Virus record (IMG/VR): IMGVR_UViG_3300022074_000004
Direction: 5' to 3' (one strand)
Length of the DNA: 64,000 nt
From: a virus
This document shows positions 1-11,076 of the stretch, one piece after another. Every line of letters begins with the position of its first letter. Positions within the stretch are counted from its first letter, which is position 1. A program made the position numbers and the translations under genes. The notes beneath the pieces are model-generated. The model was not told the DNA's origin and made no database searches. It saw only the letters and a list, made by a program, of their open reading frames with translations.

Positions 1-2
1 TG

Positions 3-3000
3 AAAGAAGAAAATATAAATTTACAAAAAGATTGTTTTTATATTAAAAATCATAGGTATGAATCTGGAGAACTCATAAAATATTACTCAACAACTGGAAC
101 AGCCATAGGTGGACTAGAAATTGGCAAGGAATATGTAGTAACAAAGATAAGTGACGATGAATTTAGCATTTCTCAAGTTGGGGAAGACAATGTAAAAGAA
201 TTTTATAATAAAAACCAATATATTGACATAATATCTGTTGGTAGTGGCAAGCATACATTTAACTGCCCAGAAATCAAGGTAAGTATAATCAGTGAGATTG
301 GATTGTCTCCTGTTGGGACAGAGACGTTTGAATTAAAAGTTCAGCCAGTTTTTAGAGGCCAAGTAGAAGCCGTCTACTTGGCAGATGAAGGTTCTAATTA
401 TGGATCTCCAGAGATATTGAACTATAATAGAACACCAAACTTAAGTTTAAGTAAAGGCTCTGATGCTCAAGTAAGCCCTGTCATCAAAAATGGCGAAATC
501 GTAGATGTTATTGTTTTAAATCAAGGTAAAAATTATACCTCCCCACCAAATATAAGAACTATCGGAGATGGAGCTGGTGCTGTACTAACTCCCATCATTG
601 AAAATGGATTCTTGAGAGATGTTAATGTTATAAATGGTGGATTTGGTTTTGGTCAAGAAACATTTATAATTATTGAGTCAGTTGGTCAAGATTGTAAGTT
701 CAATACAACTATACAATCTTGGAATGTCAATTTATTTGAGAAAAATATATCAAATATTGGTGCGGATGATATTTCAGTCGAATGTGGCTTAAATGATAAG
801 TATGGTCTACAGTACTCATATCTATATGCTCCTAGATCTTTAAGAGAATCTGTTTTTTCTATTAATTCAAGTGGAGAAGTGATATATGGTTCAAAAGATC
901 TTAAAAAGAAAAATAATAAAGAAACCGAATCCGATCACCACTCACCAATAATAGGATGGGCCTATGATGGAAGCCCAATTTATGGACCATATGGTTATTC
1001 TCAGAAAAACGGTGGACAAATTGTACAGATGAAGTCAGGTTATAAATTAGACCTGAAACCAAATAGGCCATCAACATCTATCTTCCCAGAAGGTTACTTT
1101 TTAGAAGATTATTCATATTTTGATTCGAATGATGAATCTGTTCTCGACAGAAATAACGGAAGATTTTGCGTAACTCCAGATTATCCAAATGGAACTTATG
1201 CATATTTCTCTACACTTGATGCAGAGAGTGTAGAATCGTCTGGCCTCTTTGCAAAATATAAAAAACCACAATTCCCATATTTTATTGGAGATTGTTATGA
1301 GAATGTTCCAATAGACTTCAATTTTGAAAAATCTTCTAATCAGGATGATTTTATATTTGGAGGAAATTGGGCAAGAAATACTTCTCCATACAATTTAGAT
1401 TTTTCTGGGAAAAATTATAAGTATATTAATGTTCCAGATACTTCATCCCAAAAAGTAGTAATTGATTCTATTAAGTCGAGTGGAATAGATTCAATTTCAG
1501 TCAAAAGTGCCGGAGATCTTTACAAGGTCGATGATAAAGTTTTATTTGACGATGTGGGTAGTGGTGGTAATGGAGTATCAGCAAAAGTTTCTAGAATATC
1601 AGGAAAAACAACTAAACAAATTTCTTTTGATATAGTAAAAAAAGAAAATATAGAAGTATCCTCTACAAATAGAAAAAATGAGTACCTAGTTACTTCGGAT
1701 GTCCCACATAGCCTCAATGATGGTGACATAGTGAATCTAAACAGCCTCTCAAGAAATTTTGAATTGACCGGATCTTATCCTGTTGGTGTAAGTACAAATA
1801 TACTGAAAATTTCTCAAGATATACTGGATGTATCTCAGACTGGGCAAATCACATACTTTAATGTAATAGGAAACCTTAATGAAAATGCAATTCGCGAGAA
1901 TGACATTTTGCAGATTGGTACAGAAAAGATCAAGGTACTAAAAATCAATAGATCAAATTATACTATAAAAGTATTAAGGCAATTTGATGGGACTATTGGT
2001 TCATCTTACCCAATTTTTACAAATATTATAGAATTGCCAAGGAAACTTAAAATAAACTCAAAAGAAAAAGTATTGTCTCCTCAAAATAAACAAATATATT
2101 TTGATCCATCAAAATCTGTTGCAACTGGCAATACTTTTGGGATTGGTATAGGTGTATCTTTGCTGACAGAAGATGGGGAGTTGCATATTCCAACAAAGGC
2201 AATCTATCTTAAAAATCATGGATTGAAAACTGGAGATAGTATCACATACTCTACTGGAGGTGGAGACGGGTTAGTAGTATCTGAAGATGGAGTTACAACA
2301 AGATCTCTTACAGATGGGGAAAATTTATTTGTAGGAAGAGTTTCTGATGATTTAATTAGTATATCCACTGTTAGGGTAGGGTTAGATACCCAAGGCGTTT
2401 TTGTCGCCCTTGAGGGCGCTTCTGGTGCGTCTAGAACGCTTTATTTTGATAGTATTGGAACTGGAGAAAATCACAGCTTCACCACCAACTACGTATCAAC
2501 CACAGGAAATATTTCAAGAAATGAAGTTACTCTAGAAACAGAAAATCCCCATGAATTGACTGATGGGGATGAGATCTACTTAGAAGTCAATCCACAGGAA
2601 ACGTTTACATATGAGGTTTCTTATGATGATCAGAATAGAAGATTAATCTTTAATAAAAAATCTTTCACCGATCCAAATGTAAGCGTCTCAGAAAATACAA
2701 TTTATATTGAAAATCATAATTTAAGTTCCGGTGATAAGATATTGTACACATCAGACAATCCTTCAGATGGATTGGTAAGTGGAGAGATGTATTATGCTAT
2801 TTTCTTCAATGAAAATAAAATAGGTTTAGCACAAAGTTATTTCGATTCAATCAGCAACAATTTTATTGATATAAAAACCCAATCATCCGGAAACATTGGT
2901 TCTATAAATCCAAAAATTAGTGTTTATAGAGATTCAACAATTATTTTTGATGTTTCAGACGCATCTCTTTCATACTTGAGACAAACCATAAGTTATTCCG

Positions 3001-6000
3001 CATTTAAGCTTGATTTTTACTTAGATACAAATCTTTCTTTATTTTGGAATGATGCAATAACAAACATACAAAGGTCCGGAAGGCCAGGGGTGGATTCTGA
3101 CGCAAAAATTACTTTGAAAATTAATTCAGAATCTCCAGACATGATTTACTATAAGTTAAATCCAGTAATTCAGGATGGATTGCCAGATTCTAAAAAATAT
3201 AGCTTTCCTGATTTGGAAATTGATGGAATGTCAACTATTCAAGTGAAAGATAGTGAATATAGTGGAAAATATAATATAAAAACAATTTCTGATACTGAGG
3301 TAAAATTCAATACGACAAGAATTTGTGAAAAAGATGTATATACATCAGATATATCAAATATAAACTATAGTACAAATTCAAAAACTGTATCTGGACCGAT
3401 TGAAAGTGTCTTAGTAACAAATCCAGGTAAAGAGTATACAAAAATGCCTAGAATCTCTTCAATAGAAAGTGAAGATGGCGATAGTGCAATATTAGAACCT
3501 TTTGGCTCATCTGTTGGAGAGATTAATAATGTTAAGATAGAAAATCTAAAAAAAGATTATCCATCAGACGAAACATTAAGACCAACTGCATCATTTACCC
3601 AAATTTTAAAGGTAGAGCCATTGTATTCTATCTCTTCTATAAACTTGACTGATTTCGGAAGAGGATATCTCGTTCCACCAAAATTAGTTGTAAAAGATTC
3701 TGTTACAGATGAAGTGGTTCAAGATTTAGATCTTGAATATAAATTAGGAGATTCTGAAGTTAAAATTATTAAGAATACTCACAGATTAAGGGATGCTATT
3801 CCTCAAATAATACCAACCCGCAATAGCAATGGAATTGGCATCTCAACTATTAGCTATGATCCCGATACACATGACGCTACTATAACTTTATCAACTCAGT
3901 ATAGCGATTCATCAGATTTCCCAATAAAACCAGGAGACAAATTTTTAGTAGAAAGTGCATTTGCAGTACCAGGCGGACTTGGCTTCAATTCTGAGGATTA
4001 TAACTACAAGCTATTCACTGCAATATCAACAAATGAAAGCATTGGCGGGGGATTTGGCACAATCTCTTATAATATGTCAGAATTATTTTCTCTTGGTGAT
4101 ACAGCTGGAACTTATGACCATATAAGATCACTTGGTAGGATTATACCAGAATCATATTTTCCAAAATTTGAAGTATCTATAGAACAAAGTGATTTTTTGA
4201 CCAGAGAAACTTATGAACTTAATGAAACTATAAAAGGAAAGCTTCATAATGGGACTATTGAATACTGGGAATCAGAGACTGGATTGATGCATATTTTGTC
4301 AAATGAAATATATGATATTGGGTCAATTGTAAGAGGAATTTCTTCAAAAGCGGAAGGAAATGTTATATCCTCTATTAGGACAAAATCATATTTTCCTTTG
4401 GGTTCTTCATTAAGTATAAGAAAGTCATCAAATACAAATTCTGGATTTTTAAACGACAGCTTCCAAAGATTACAGGATAGTGACTATTATCAGAATTTCT
4501 CATATTCAATAAAATCTAGAATACCATATGAGACTTGGAATGATCACATATCTCCACTGACACATACGGCTGGATTTAAAAAATTCTCAGACTATCAGAT
4601 TGAATCTATGGCAGATAGTCAAACATCAATGAGAGTTAATATTTCTAGCAATTCTGTCGATCAAGTCAATGATTTAATTGGAAAAGTCAATTTAAATTCT
4701 TTCTCGGACTTTGATCTAGTATCTGAAAATGATGTTGATGGAATATCAAACAAAATATTGTTTAATAGCAAAATCTTAGGTGATTATTTTGAATCTGTTG
4801 GTAATAAGGTTTTAGAAGTAGATAACATTTCAAATCTTTTTAATAGCAATCCAAGATCAACAAAATTTAGCCCAGTAGCTACATTTAGTAAACTGGATAA
4901 TAGATATCTAAAATTCATTACTTTAGTAAAAGATAGAAGATATACGCAACAAAGACAATTAATGATTATCGATCTAATTCATGATAATTTTGAGGGGTAT
5001 ATCAATCAATACGGTAGAGTGGAAACAGAGTATGATCTTGGATCTTTTGATTATACAATTATTGGAAATCAGGGTATTTTATTATTCTATCCAGAGAGGC
5101 ATGAAATAAATGATTATGATATATCTGCAATATCATTTAACTTGGATGAGATCATATCAAGTGCTGTAGATACTATCATTGGTACATCATTAATAACCAC
5201 TGAAGGGAAAGAGCTGCAAGGTGGCACTTCTACAGTTTTTGAAATAGATGCATCTTACAGCTCGATAAAATTATTATTACAAATAAATCCAGAGTCTCAA
5301 GTTGGGAAAGAATTTGAGGTTAGTGAATTAAATATCATGAATGATGGTTCAAATATCCACATTTTAGAAAATACAAAATTATCTACAGATTTGGGCCAAA
5401 ATAGCACTGTTGGTTTGGGGACATATCATGCATATATCGATGGATCCAAATTAAAGGTAGACTTTATTCAGAATCAAAATACGAACATAGATTCTGGAAT
5501 TATTAATACATACTGCATTGCTTTAGGCGATGAAAATTCAAGTGGATCTCAGACAGAATATTTGAAGCATGTAACATTCAATTCCAAGTCTACAACAATA
5601 GCATCATCTCCAACTCCAAGTGAAATAGTAATTGCAGAATATGAAACTGAAGAAACATATAATGCAGCACACTTGATGGTACAAATTTCTGATACTACGA
5701 ATGATAAAAAACAATTCTCTGAAGTTATTGTGGTTGATAGTTATGAATCAGGCATTCCTACATACGAAACATATGATACTGAATACGGTATTATAAATGA
5801 TGGGGATGTGTTAGGCGAGATTAGCTCAAGAGTTATCTTAGATGGTACATATAAAACTCAAATAATGTTTACTCCTATAGCAAATATTGATACCCATGTC
5901 AATGTCTTTATGACTGCTTTGAGAAATCAGGATGATACAAGAGACCAAATCAATATGGCCAGTGGCAGTATTAGAAGTTACGGCGGTATCTATGAAGGAA

Positions 6001-9000
6001 CACACTCTGATATAAAGAAATCTTTCGAATTATATAACTCCGGAGAAAAAATATTTGAAAGAACTTTTGATAGTCAAGATCAAGATATTGTGAATATTGC
6101 TGATGATAAACTTAATATCAATACTCACTTCTTTGTCACTGGAGAGTCAATTAAATATGTTCCAGGAAGTCCAAATTCAATTTTTGAGGCAATCGAGATA
6201 GAACCAACATCTTTTGCTGGAATTGGTGTCACTGATAGGTTGCCACAAGATATATTTGCAATTAAGCTTCCAGACAATACGCTTAGATTTGCTTCTAGTG
6301 CAGAAAATGCTCTAAAGTCAACACCGGAGTTTATAAAATTTGTAAATTATGGTGTTGGTTCGGCCCATAGAATTGTAGCTAATAATCAAAATACAAAAGC
6401 TCTTCTTACAATTGACAATGTAATACAATCACCAATTGTAGAATCTAAAAAGACAGCATCAGTAACTCAAGATGTATTTACAACAAGTGATATAATTCGA
6501 TTTGATGATACGACTGGATTTTTTGGAACTGACTTGATTAGAGTCAATGACGAAATTATGATGATTGAAAGTATTGGGATCGGATCTCCAGAAAATGTAC
6601 GTGTTAGAAGAACTCAGTTGGGAACAAAGATATCTCCACACTCTGCTGGCTCAACTATAACCAAATTAAATGGTAATTATAATATTGTTGATAATACATT
6701 AAACTTTGTAAGAGCACCATATGGAAGATTACCATTTTCAACATCTACTGGGTCTCCAGAAGAAAGAGACTGGTCTGGAATATCAACTAGCTCCAATTTT
6801 AGTGGAAGAATTTTCTTAAGATCAGGTATACCAAATACAAGTAGTGAAACATATACTACAAATTATATTTTCGATGATATATCTGACCAGTTTAATTCGA
6901 CACAAAATGAATTTGTTTTAAAATCTAATAGCTCGAATGTAAGTGGAATAAAAAATGGCATAGTTATTGTTAATGATGTATTCCAATATCCAGGAAGAGT
7001 AAATTGTGATATATTGACTTCTGATGCTTCTGGAATATCAACCGTCAAATTTACAGGAAATAGTAGGACAATTACAAATGATGTTGGTATATCAAGTTTC
7101 CCTAGAGGTGGTTTGATTGTATCAGTTGGCTCATCAGAAGGTCTAGGATATCAACCACTTATAACTGCTGGAGGATTTGCAACTATCAATTCTAGCGGAG
7201 AAATTGATTCCATAACAATGGATAATGTTGGATCTGGATATAGAGCTGGTTTGCAAACTGTAAACGTAAGTGCCATTAATGATCCCGATGATATTCAGAT
7301 AATTGGTACAGCGAATATTGTTGATGGAAAAGTTTCTAGTGTGAATATATCAAATCCAGGTAGTGGATATTCAGCTGCACCTAGAATTGAATTTGACGAT
7401 CCACTAAATTACTATGATTTGCCTTTGATTTACTCAGCAAATTCTACTGGGTCTGGACAGGGAGCATCTATAAACATTATAGTTGGGCAGGAATCTAAAG
7501 TAATAGATTTTTCAATAACAAATACTGGTTATGGGTATAATGTTGGAGACAAATTAACTGTTCCAACATCCACCGCAGTTGGTATAGAAACAAACTCAAA
7601 TTTTGAAGAATTTGTTATAACTGTTGACAAAACCATTTCGGATACTTTTAGTGGATGGACATTTGGGGAATTGGAAGTCCTTGATAATATTGAAAGATTC
7701 ATTGACGGAGAAAACACAATATTTCCTCTATTGAGTTCAAATATTGAGAAATCAATTATTTCAAATAGAGGATCTTCAATTGATGTTAAAAATGTATTAC
7801 TTGTATTTGTCAATAATATTCTTCAGATACCAGGAGAGGGGTATATTTTTAATGGAGGAAGTACAATTCAATTTACAGAGCCATTGAAAAAAGAAGATAC
7901 TGTTGAGATTTTATTCTATAAAGGAAGTGGTGATGTTGATGTAATTCCAAGAAACATTATTGAGACGGTTAAGGCGGGGGATGATCTTCAAATAATCAAT
8001 GACCCCTCAGTTGGTCAAAAAGAATTCTTAAAAGAAGATATACGTGTAGCAACAGAGGTTACATCAACAAATGTTGTGATTACAAATCCATATTATGGAC
8101 CAGGAAATATTGATGAGGAATCTCTATTACGTCCTATAACTTGGACTAAGCAAACTGAAGATAAAATTATTGATGATGTTTTCGTCGGTAAAGATAGAGA
8201 GCTATATGAGGCATCAATAAATCCAATATCTTATATAATCGGTTCTGTTGGTATTGGGCAAACTGTTGTTTATGTTGATAGTCTAAGACCAACATTTAAT
8301 TCCAAAAATGAAAATAATATAGACATTTCTTTCCAAAATGAAGTTACACTAATATCTCAAGATGAGGTAAAAGTTGAAAGCAATGATGTTACATCTTATT
8401 CAGGAGACTATGGTATTATTGTTGGGTTTGGTGTCACAACAACTACATCAAATAAAATAATTTTTGATCTTTATATACCAGAAGATTCTCCACTGAGAGA
8501 CAGCTCAATTAATGAAACTCCTATCACGGTTAGCGAATTGTCTGCCGGAGATTATTTCTCAGTCAGTAATTCCATAGTTTCTGCTGATCCAGATTTATAC
8601 CCTCTTATCTCTTATGATCACAACTCAGGTGCAGTAGTTGCAAAAACAGATTCATATCTTGACTCTATTTTTGTGGTTGAAAGTGCAGAGAATGTTGATA
8701 AGCAACTAAATGGTATTACAATAACTGTAAGGAGAGTATACTGTAATATAACACCTAATGGAATACTTGACCGCGATCGTTTTGATTCCAGTCTATTCTC
8801 TTTTGATAGTGATAGTACTAAATTTGATAGCGTTCCAAGCAGTCAAAATAGTGGCCCAGTTTACACCGGAACTATTAGTACCTCCAATTTTATAGGACAT
8901 TATAGTTGGGGTAAGGTAATTCTTGATGGTAGGATTAAAAACTACTCGTATAATGCATATGCATTAGATGGATATGCTGGGATTTCAACTTCTGCAATGG

Positions 9001-9044
9001 TTAGAAGAACAATACCATTAAAATATAATAATTACACCGGATAA
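3..9044 (+). CDS. Giant baseplate wedge initiator-like structural protein (gp7-like), 5'-truncated; contains a YHYH-like domain
   Basis: Frame is open from base 3 (KEENINLQKDCFYIKNH...), so the TTG at 303 is not the true start. Has HSPIIGWAYDGSPIYGPYG..LDRNNGRFCVTPDYPNG, the LQDSDYYQNFSYSIKS..HTAGFKKFSD wedge motif and GxGY repeats; lies upstream of gp8. Confidence 0.8.
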   Translation, partial: KEENINLQKDCFYIKNHRYESGELIKYYSTTGTAIGGLEIGKEYVVTKISDDEFSISQVGEDNVKEFYNKNQYIDIISVGSGKHTFNCPEIKVSIISEIGLSPVGTETFELKVQPVFRGQVEAVYLADEGSNYGSPEILNYNRTPNLSLSKGSDAQVSPVIKNGEIVDVIVLNQGKNYTSPPNIRTIGDGAGAVLTPIIENGFLRDVNVINGGFGFGQETFIIIESVGQDCKFNTTIQSWNVNLFEKNISNIGADDISVECGLNDKYGLQYSYLYAPRSLRESVFSINSSGEVIYGSKDLKKKNNKETESDHHSPIIGWAYDGSPIYGPYGYSQKNGGQIVQMKSGYKLDLKPNRPSTSIFPEGYFLEDYSYFDSNDESVLDRNNGRFCVTPDYPNGTYAYFSTLDAESVESSGLFAKYKKPQFPYFIGDCYENVPIDFNFEKSSNQDDFIFGGNWARNTSPYNLDFSGKNYKYINVPDTSSQKVVIDSIKSSGIDSISVKSAGDLYKVDDKVLFDDVGSGGNGVSAKVSRISGKTTKQISFDIVKKENIEVSSTNRKNEYLVTSDVPHSLNDGDIVNLNSLSRNFELTGSYPVGVSTNILKISQDILDVSQTGQITYFNVIGNLNENAIRENDILQIGTEKIKVLKINRSNYTIKVLRQFDGTIGSSYPIFTNIIELPRKLKINSKEKVLSPQNKQIYFDPSKSVATGNTFGIGIGVSLLTEDGELHIPTKAIYLKNHGLKTGDSITYSTGGGDGLVVSEDGVTTRSLTDGENLFVGRVSDDLISISTVRVGLDTQGVFVALEGASGASRTLYFDSIGTGENHSFTTNYVSTTGNISRNEVTLETENPHELTDGDEIYLEVNPQETFTYEVSYDDQNRRLIFNKKSFTDPNVSVSENTIYIENHNLSSGDKILYTSDNPSDGLVSGEMYYAIFFNENKIGLAQSYFDSISNNFIDIKTQSSGNIGSINPKISVYRDSTIIFDVSDASLSYLRQTISYSAFKLDFYLDTNLSLFWNDAITNIQRSGRPGVDSDAKITLKINSESPDMIYYKLNPVIQDGLPDSKKYSFPDLEIDGMSTIQVKDSEYSGKYNIKTISDTEVKFNTTRICEKDVYTSDISNINYSTNSKTVSGPIESVLVTNPGKEYTKMPRISSIESEDGDSAILEPFGSSVGEINNVKIENLKKDYPSDETLRPTASFTQILKVEPLYSISSINLTDFGRGYLVPPKLVVKDSVTDEVVQDLDLEYKLGDSEVKIIKNTHRLRDAIPQIIPTRNSNGIGISTISYDPDTHDATITLSTQYSDSSDFPIKPGDKFLVESAFAVPGGLGFNSEDYNYKLFTAISTNESIGGGFGTISYNMSELFSLGDTAGTYDHIRSLGRIIPESYFPKFEVSIEQSDFLTRETYELNETIKGKLHNGTIEYWESETGLMHILSNEIYDIGSIVRGISSKAEGNVISSIRTKSYFPLGSSLSIRKSSNTNSGFLNDSFQRLQDSDYYQNFSYSIKSRIPYETWNDHISPLTHTAGFKKFSDYQIESMADSQTSMRVNISSNSVDQVNDLIGKVNLNSFSDFDLVSENDVDGISNKILFNSKILGDYFESVGNKVLEVDNISNLFNSNPRSTKFSPVATFSKLDNRYLKFITLVKDRRYTQQRQLMIIDLIHDNFEGYINQYGRVETEYDLGSFDYTIIGNQGILLFYPERHEINDYDISAISFNLDEIISSAVDTIIGTSLITTEGKELQGGTSTVFEIDASYSSIKLLLQINPESQVGKEFEVSELNIMNDGSNIHILENTKLSTDLGQNSTVGLGTYHAYIDGSKLKVDFIQNQNTNIDSGIINTYCIALGDENSSGSQTEYLKHVTFNSKSTTIASSPTPSEIVIAEYETEETYNAAHLMVQISDTTNDKKQFSEVIVVDSYESGIPTYETYDTEYGIINDGDVLGEISSRVILDGTYKTQIMFTPIANIDTHVNVFMTALRNQDDTRDQINMASGSIRSYGGIYEGTHSDIKKSFELYNSGEKIFERTFDSQDQDIVNIADDKLNINTHFFVTGESIKYVPGSPNSIFEAIEIEPTSFAGIGVTDRLPQDIFAIKLPDNTLRFASSAENALKSTPEFIKFVNYGVGSAHRIVANNQNTKALLTIDNVIQSPIVESKKTASVTQDVFTTSDIIRFDDTTGFFGTDLIRVNDEIMMIESIGIGSPENVRVRRTQLGTKISPHSAGSTITKLNGNYNIVDNTLNFVRAPYGRLPFSTSTGSPEERDWSGISTSSNFSGRIFLRSGIPNTSSETYTTNYIFDDISDQFNSTQNEFVLKSNSSNVSGIKNGIVIVNDVFQYPGRVNCDILTSDASGISTVKFTGNSRTITNDVGISSFPRGGLIVSVGSSEGLGYQPLITAGGFATINSSGEIDSITMDNVGSGYRAGLQTVNVSAINDPDDIQIIGTANIVDGKVSSVNISNPGSGYSAAPRIEFDDPLNYYDLPLIYSANSTGSGQGASINIIVGQESKVIDFSITNTGYGYNVGDKLTVPTSTAVGIETNSNFEEFVITVDKTISDTFSGWTFGELEVLDNIERFIDGENTIFPLLSSNIEKSIISNRGSSIDVKNVLLVFVNNILQIPGEGYIFNGGSTIQFTEPLKKEDTVEILFYKGSGDVDVIPRNIIETVKAGDDLQIINDPSVGQKEFLKEDIRVATEVTSTNVVITNPYYGPGNIDEESLLRPITWTKQTEDKIIDDVFVGKDRELYEASINPISYIIGSVGIGQTVVYVDSLRPTFNSKNENNIDISFQNEVTLISQDEVKVESNDVTSYSGDYGIIVGFGVTTTTSNKIIFDLYIPEDSPLRDSSINETPITVSELSAGDYFSVSNSIVSADPDLYPLISYDHNSGAVVAKTDSYLDSIFVVESAENVDKQLNGITITVRRVYCNITPNGILDRDRFDSSLFSFDSDSTKFDSVPSSQNSGPVYTGTISTSNFIGHYSWGKVILDGRIKNYSYNAYALDGYAGISTSAMVRRTIPLKYNNYTG

Positions 9045-9047
9045 ATA
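9042..9047 (+). promoter_or_regulatory. T4-type late promoter core TAAATA before sulfotransferase
   Basis: ATAAATA overlapping the stop codon, 17 nt before the ATG at 9065. Confidence 0.55.
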
Positions 9048-9064
9048 CAAATAAATTATTTGAT

Positions 9065-9763
9065 ATGAAGCTATATTGTAAAGACTTTAATAGTATTAAT
9101 GAAGCTATCAATTTTCCTTTAAATTGTATTTTTGTAGCAATCCCAAAGACTGGGACAACATCTATAAGGGATCAAGTAGCTAGTAGAGGAAATCATTTTA
9201 TAAAAAATCCTCACTTAACTCTTAATCAACTAAGAGATATAATATATCCATATTTGCTCACCTGCAATCTGGGCACAAATTCAAATTATCCGACGACAAA
9301 TTTTCATCCATCTGATGAAGATATTTTTAATGCATCAAAAAAACTTTTTAATGAGATGTACAAGTTTGGCTCTGTTAGAAATCCTTGGGCAAGAGTGTAT
9401 TCATTATATACTCGTGAAGAAGGTGTAGAGTCTAAGAATAAAATGTCATTCGCCAGCTTTATTGATAGACTATCATATTCAAGTGATACTTGTATACATC
9501 CATTAAGAACAAAATGTCAGTTAGATTGGTTTGAAGATAGAGAAGGAAATGTAATTGCAGACTACATTTATAAAGTAGAGGAAATGGATGAAGCGGTAGT
9601 TAAAATCAGAGAGCAAACCGATGGTAAGATAAGTATTAGAAAAAAACACTTAAATAGAGTGAATACTCCAGACAAATATAAAGAAATATATTCTGGATAT
9701 GACAAGAAGGTAGTCGAAAAACTTTTTGAAAAAGATATAGATTATTTTAAATATACTTTTTGA
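9065..9763 (+). CDS. Sulfotransferase family protein
   Basis: 5'-PSB loop FVAIPKTGTTSI, 3'-PB motif GSVRNPWARVYSLY, C-terminal KDIDYFKYTF. Confidence 0.85.
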   Translation: MKLYCKDFNSINEAINFPLNCIFVAIPKTGTTSIRDQVASRGNHFIKNPHLTLNQLRDIIYPYLLTCNLGTNSNYPTTNFHPSDEDIFNASKKLFNEMYKFGSVRNPWARVYSLYTREEGVESKNKMSFASFIDRLSYSSDTCIHPLRTKCQLDWFEDREGNVIADYIYKVEEMDEAVVKIREQTDGKISIRKKHLNRVNTPDKYKEIYSGYDKKVVEKLFEKDIDYFKYTF

Positions 9764-9776
9764 TTTTTATCAGCCA

Positions 9777-9782
9777 TAAATA
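9777..9782 (+). promoter_or_regulatory. Late promoter core TAAATA before fibre gene
   Basis: Intergenic CATAAATA 24 nt before the ATG at 9807. Confidence 0.6.
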
Positions 9783-9806
9783 CAAATATCGCAGTATAGA
9801 TGAGAA

Positions 9807-11075
9807 ATGTCTAGATTTGGCATAAACACAGGAACAGTAGCAAATGATGGCACAGGAAGTACTCTCAGAGAAGCTGGAGTTGGTATAAATGCTAACTTTC
9901 AAGAAATATATAATTGTCTTGGAGATGGGACAGATATCTCATTAGATACTAGCACCTTTGCTCTAAAAACAGAGCTAAGTAACTACCTAACTTCAGCTGA
10001 TCTCACTGGATATGCTCAAACAAGTCAACTATTTGACGGTGACTATAACAGCTTAACAAACACCCCAATTAACACGACTATTCAGATTACAGATACTGAA
10101 GTGTCGAATTGGAATACTGCATATGGTTGGGGCGATCATGCACAAGCAGGCTACTTAAGTTCATATACAGAGACAGACACCCTTTCTACTGTAACTAGTA
10201 GAGGTGCTGTTGCAAGTGCAAAAATTGAGGCCGATCACGGCATTTCTCTTCCTGAAGGTTTCAATGTTGACATTGGAAGTGACTTTACAATGGGTGTGGT
10301 TCCTATTTATGACGCTTCTAGATTCGCCAATGTACAGACAGCAAATATTAAATACACAGGACCTGGCGGTATTTTATTTGAAACAGACGATGTTGTGTTT
10401 AAAAGTTTAGCAAATAATAGAACTTTCGCCAAATTTGATGATTCTTGGGGTCATGCAGACCTATATTATAACGGTGATCATAAATTTAGAACTACTAGTG
10501 ATGGAATTAAAGTATATGGAGATGTTGAAGCTGAGGGAAAGGTATATTTTTCAAATGTATTCACAGATATAGCTAGCTTACCAGACGCATCAACATATCA
10601 TGGAATGTTTGCACATGCCCATGGCACAGGGAAGGGATATTTTGCTCATGGTGGCAATTGGACCGAGCTTTTAGATGAAAACACATCTATTCCCACATTA
10701 TTGGCCAGACAATCTAAATCTATTCAAACTACTTCAACGATTGTCGATGGGGAGACTAATGATACAGAAGAGATAGCGGTCGGGAAAACTTATATTTTAT
10801 ATAAGATAGAGACATCTGCTGCGGCTTGGGTAAGACTTTATGTAGATACTGCAAGCAGAACAAGTGATTCTACAAGGGATGAAAACACAGACCCTCAACC
10901 AGGGTCTGGAGTAATTGCTGAGGTAATTACTACAGGAGCACAGGAACAAAAAATGACACCAGGCGTATTTGGCTGGTGCGAATCAGGGTCAAATATTCCA
11001 CTGGCGATAACAAATAAAAGTGGCTCTGATCAACAGATAACAGTTACGCTCACATATCTAGTGTTAGAGGGATGA
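9807..11075 (+). CDS. Baseplate-attached fibre-like protein with gp9/gp10-type N-terminus
   Basis: N-terminal INTGTVANDGTGSTLREAG..INANFQEIY; fibre-type segments WNTAYGWGDHAQAGYL, LYYNGDHKFRTTSDGIKVYG, LPDASTYHGMFAHAHGTGKGYFAH. Confidence 0.7.
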   Translation: MSRFGINTGTVANDGTGSTLREAGVGINANFQEIYNCLGDGTDISLDTSTFALKTELSNYLTSADLTGYAQTSQLFDGDYNSLTNTPINTTIQITDTEVSNWNTAYGWGDHAQAGYLSSYTETDTLSTVTSRGAVASAKIEADHGISLPEGFNVDIGSDFTMGVVPIYDASRFANVQTANIKYTGPGGILFETDDVVFKSLANNRTFAKFDDSWGHADLYYNGDHKFRTTSDGIKVYGDVEAEGKVYFSNVFTDIASLPDASTYHGMFAHAHGTGKGYFAHGGNWTELLDENTSIPTLLARQSKSIQTTSTIVDGETNDTEEIAVGKTYILYKIETSAAAWVRLYVDTASRTSDSTRDENTDPQPGSGVIAEVITTGAQEQKMTPGVFGWCESGSNIPLAITNKSGSDQQITVTLTYLVLEG

Positions 11076-11076
11076 T

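Noticed and set aside
303-305. TTG start of the 2913-aa ORF
   Set aside because: The frame is open back to base 3; the gene starts before the window
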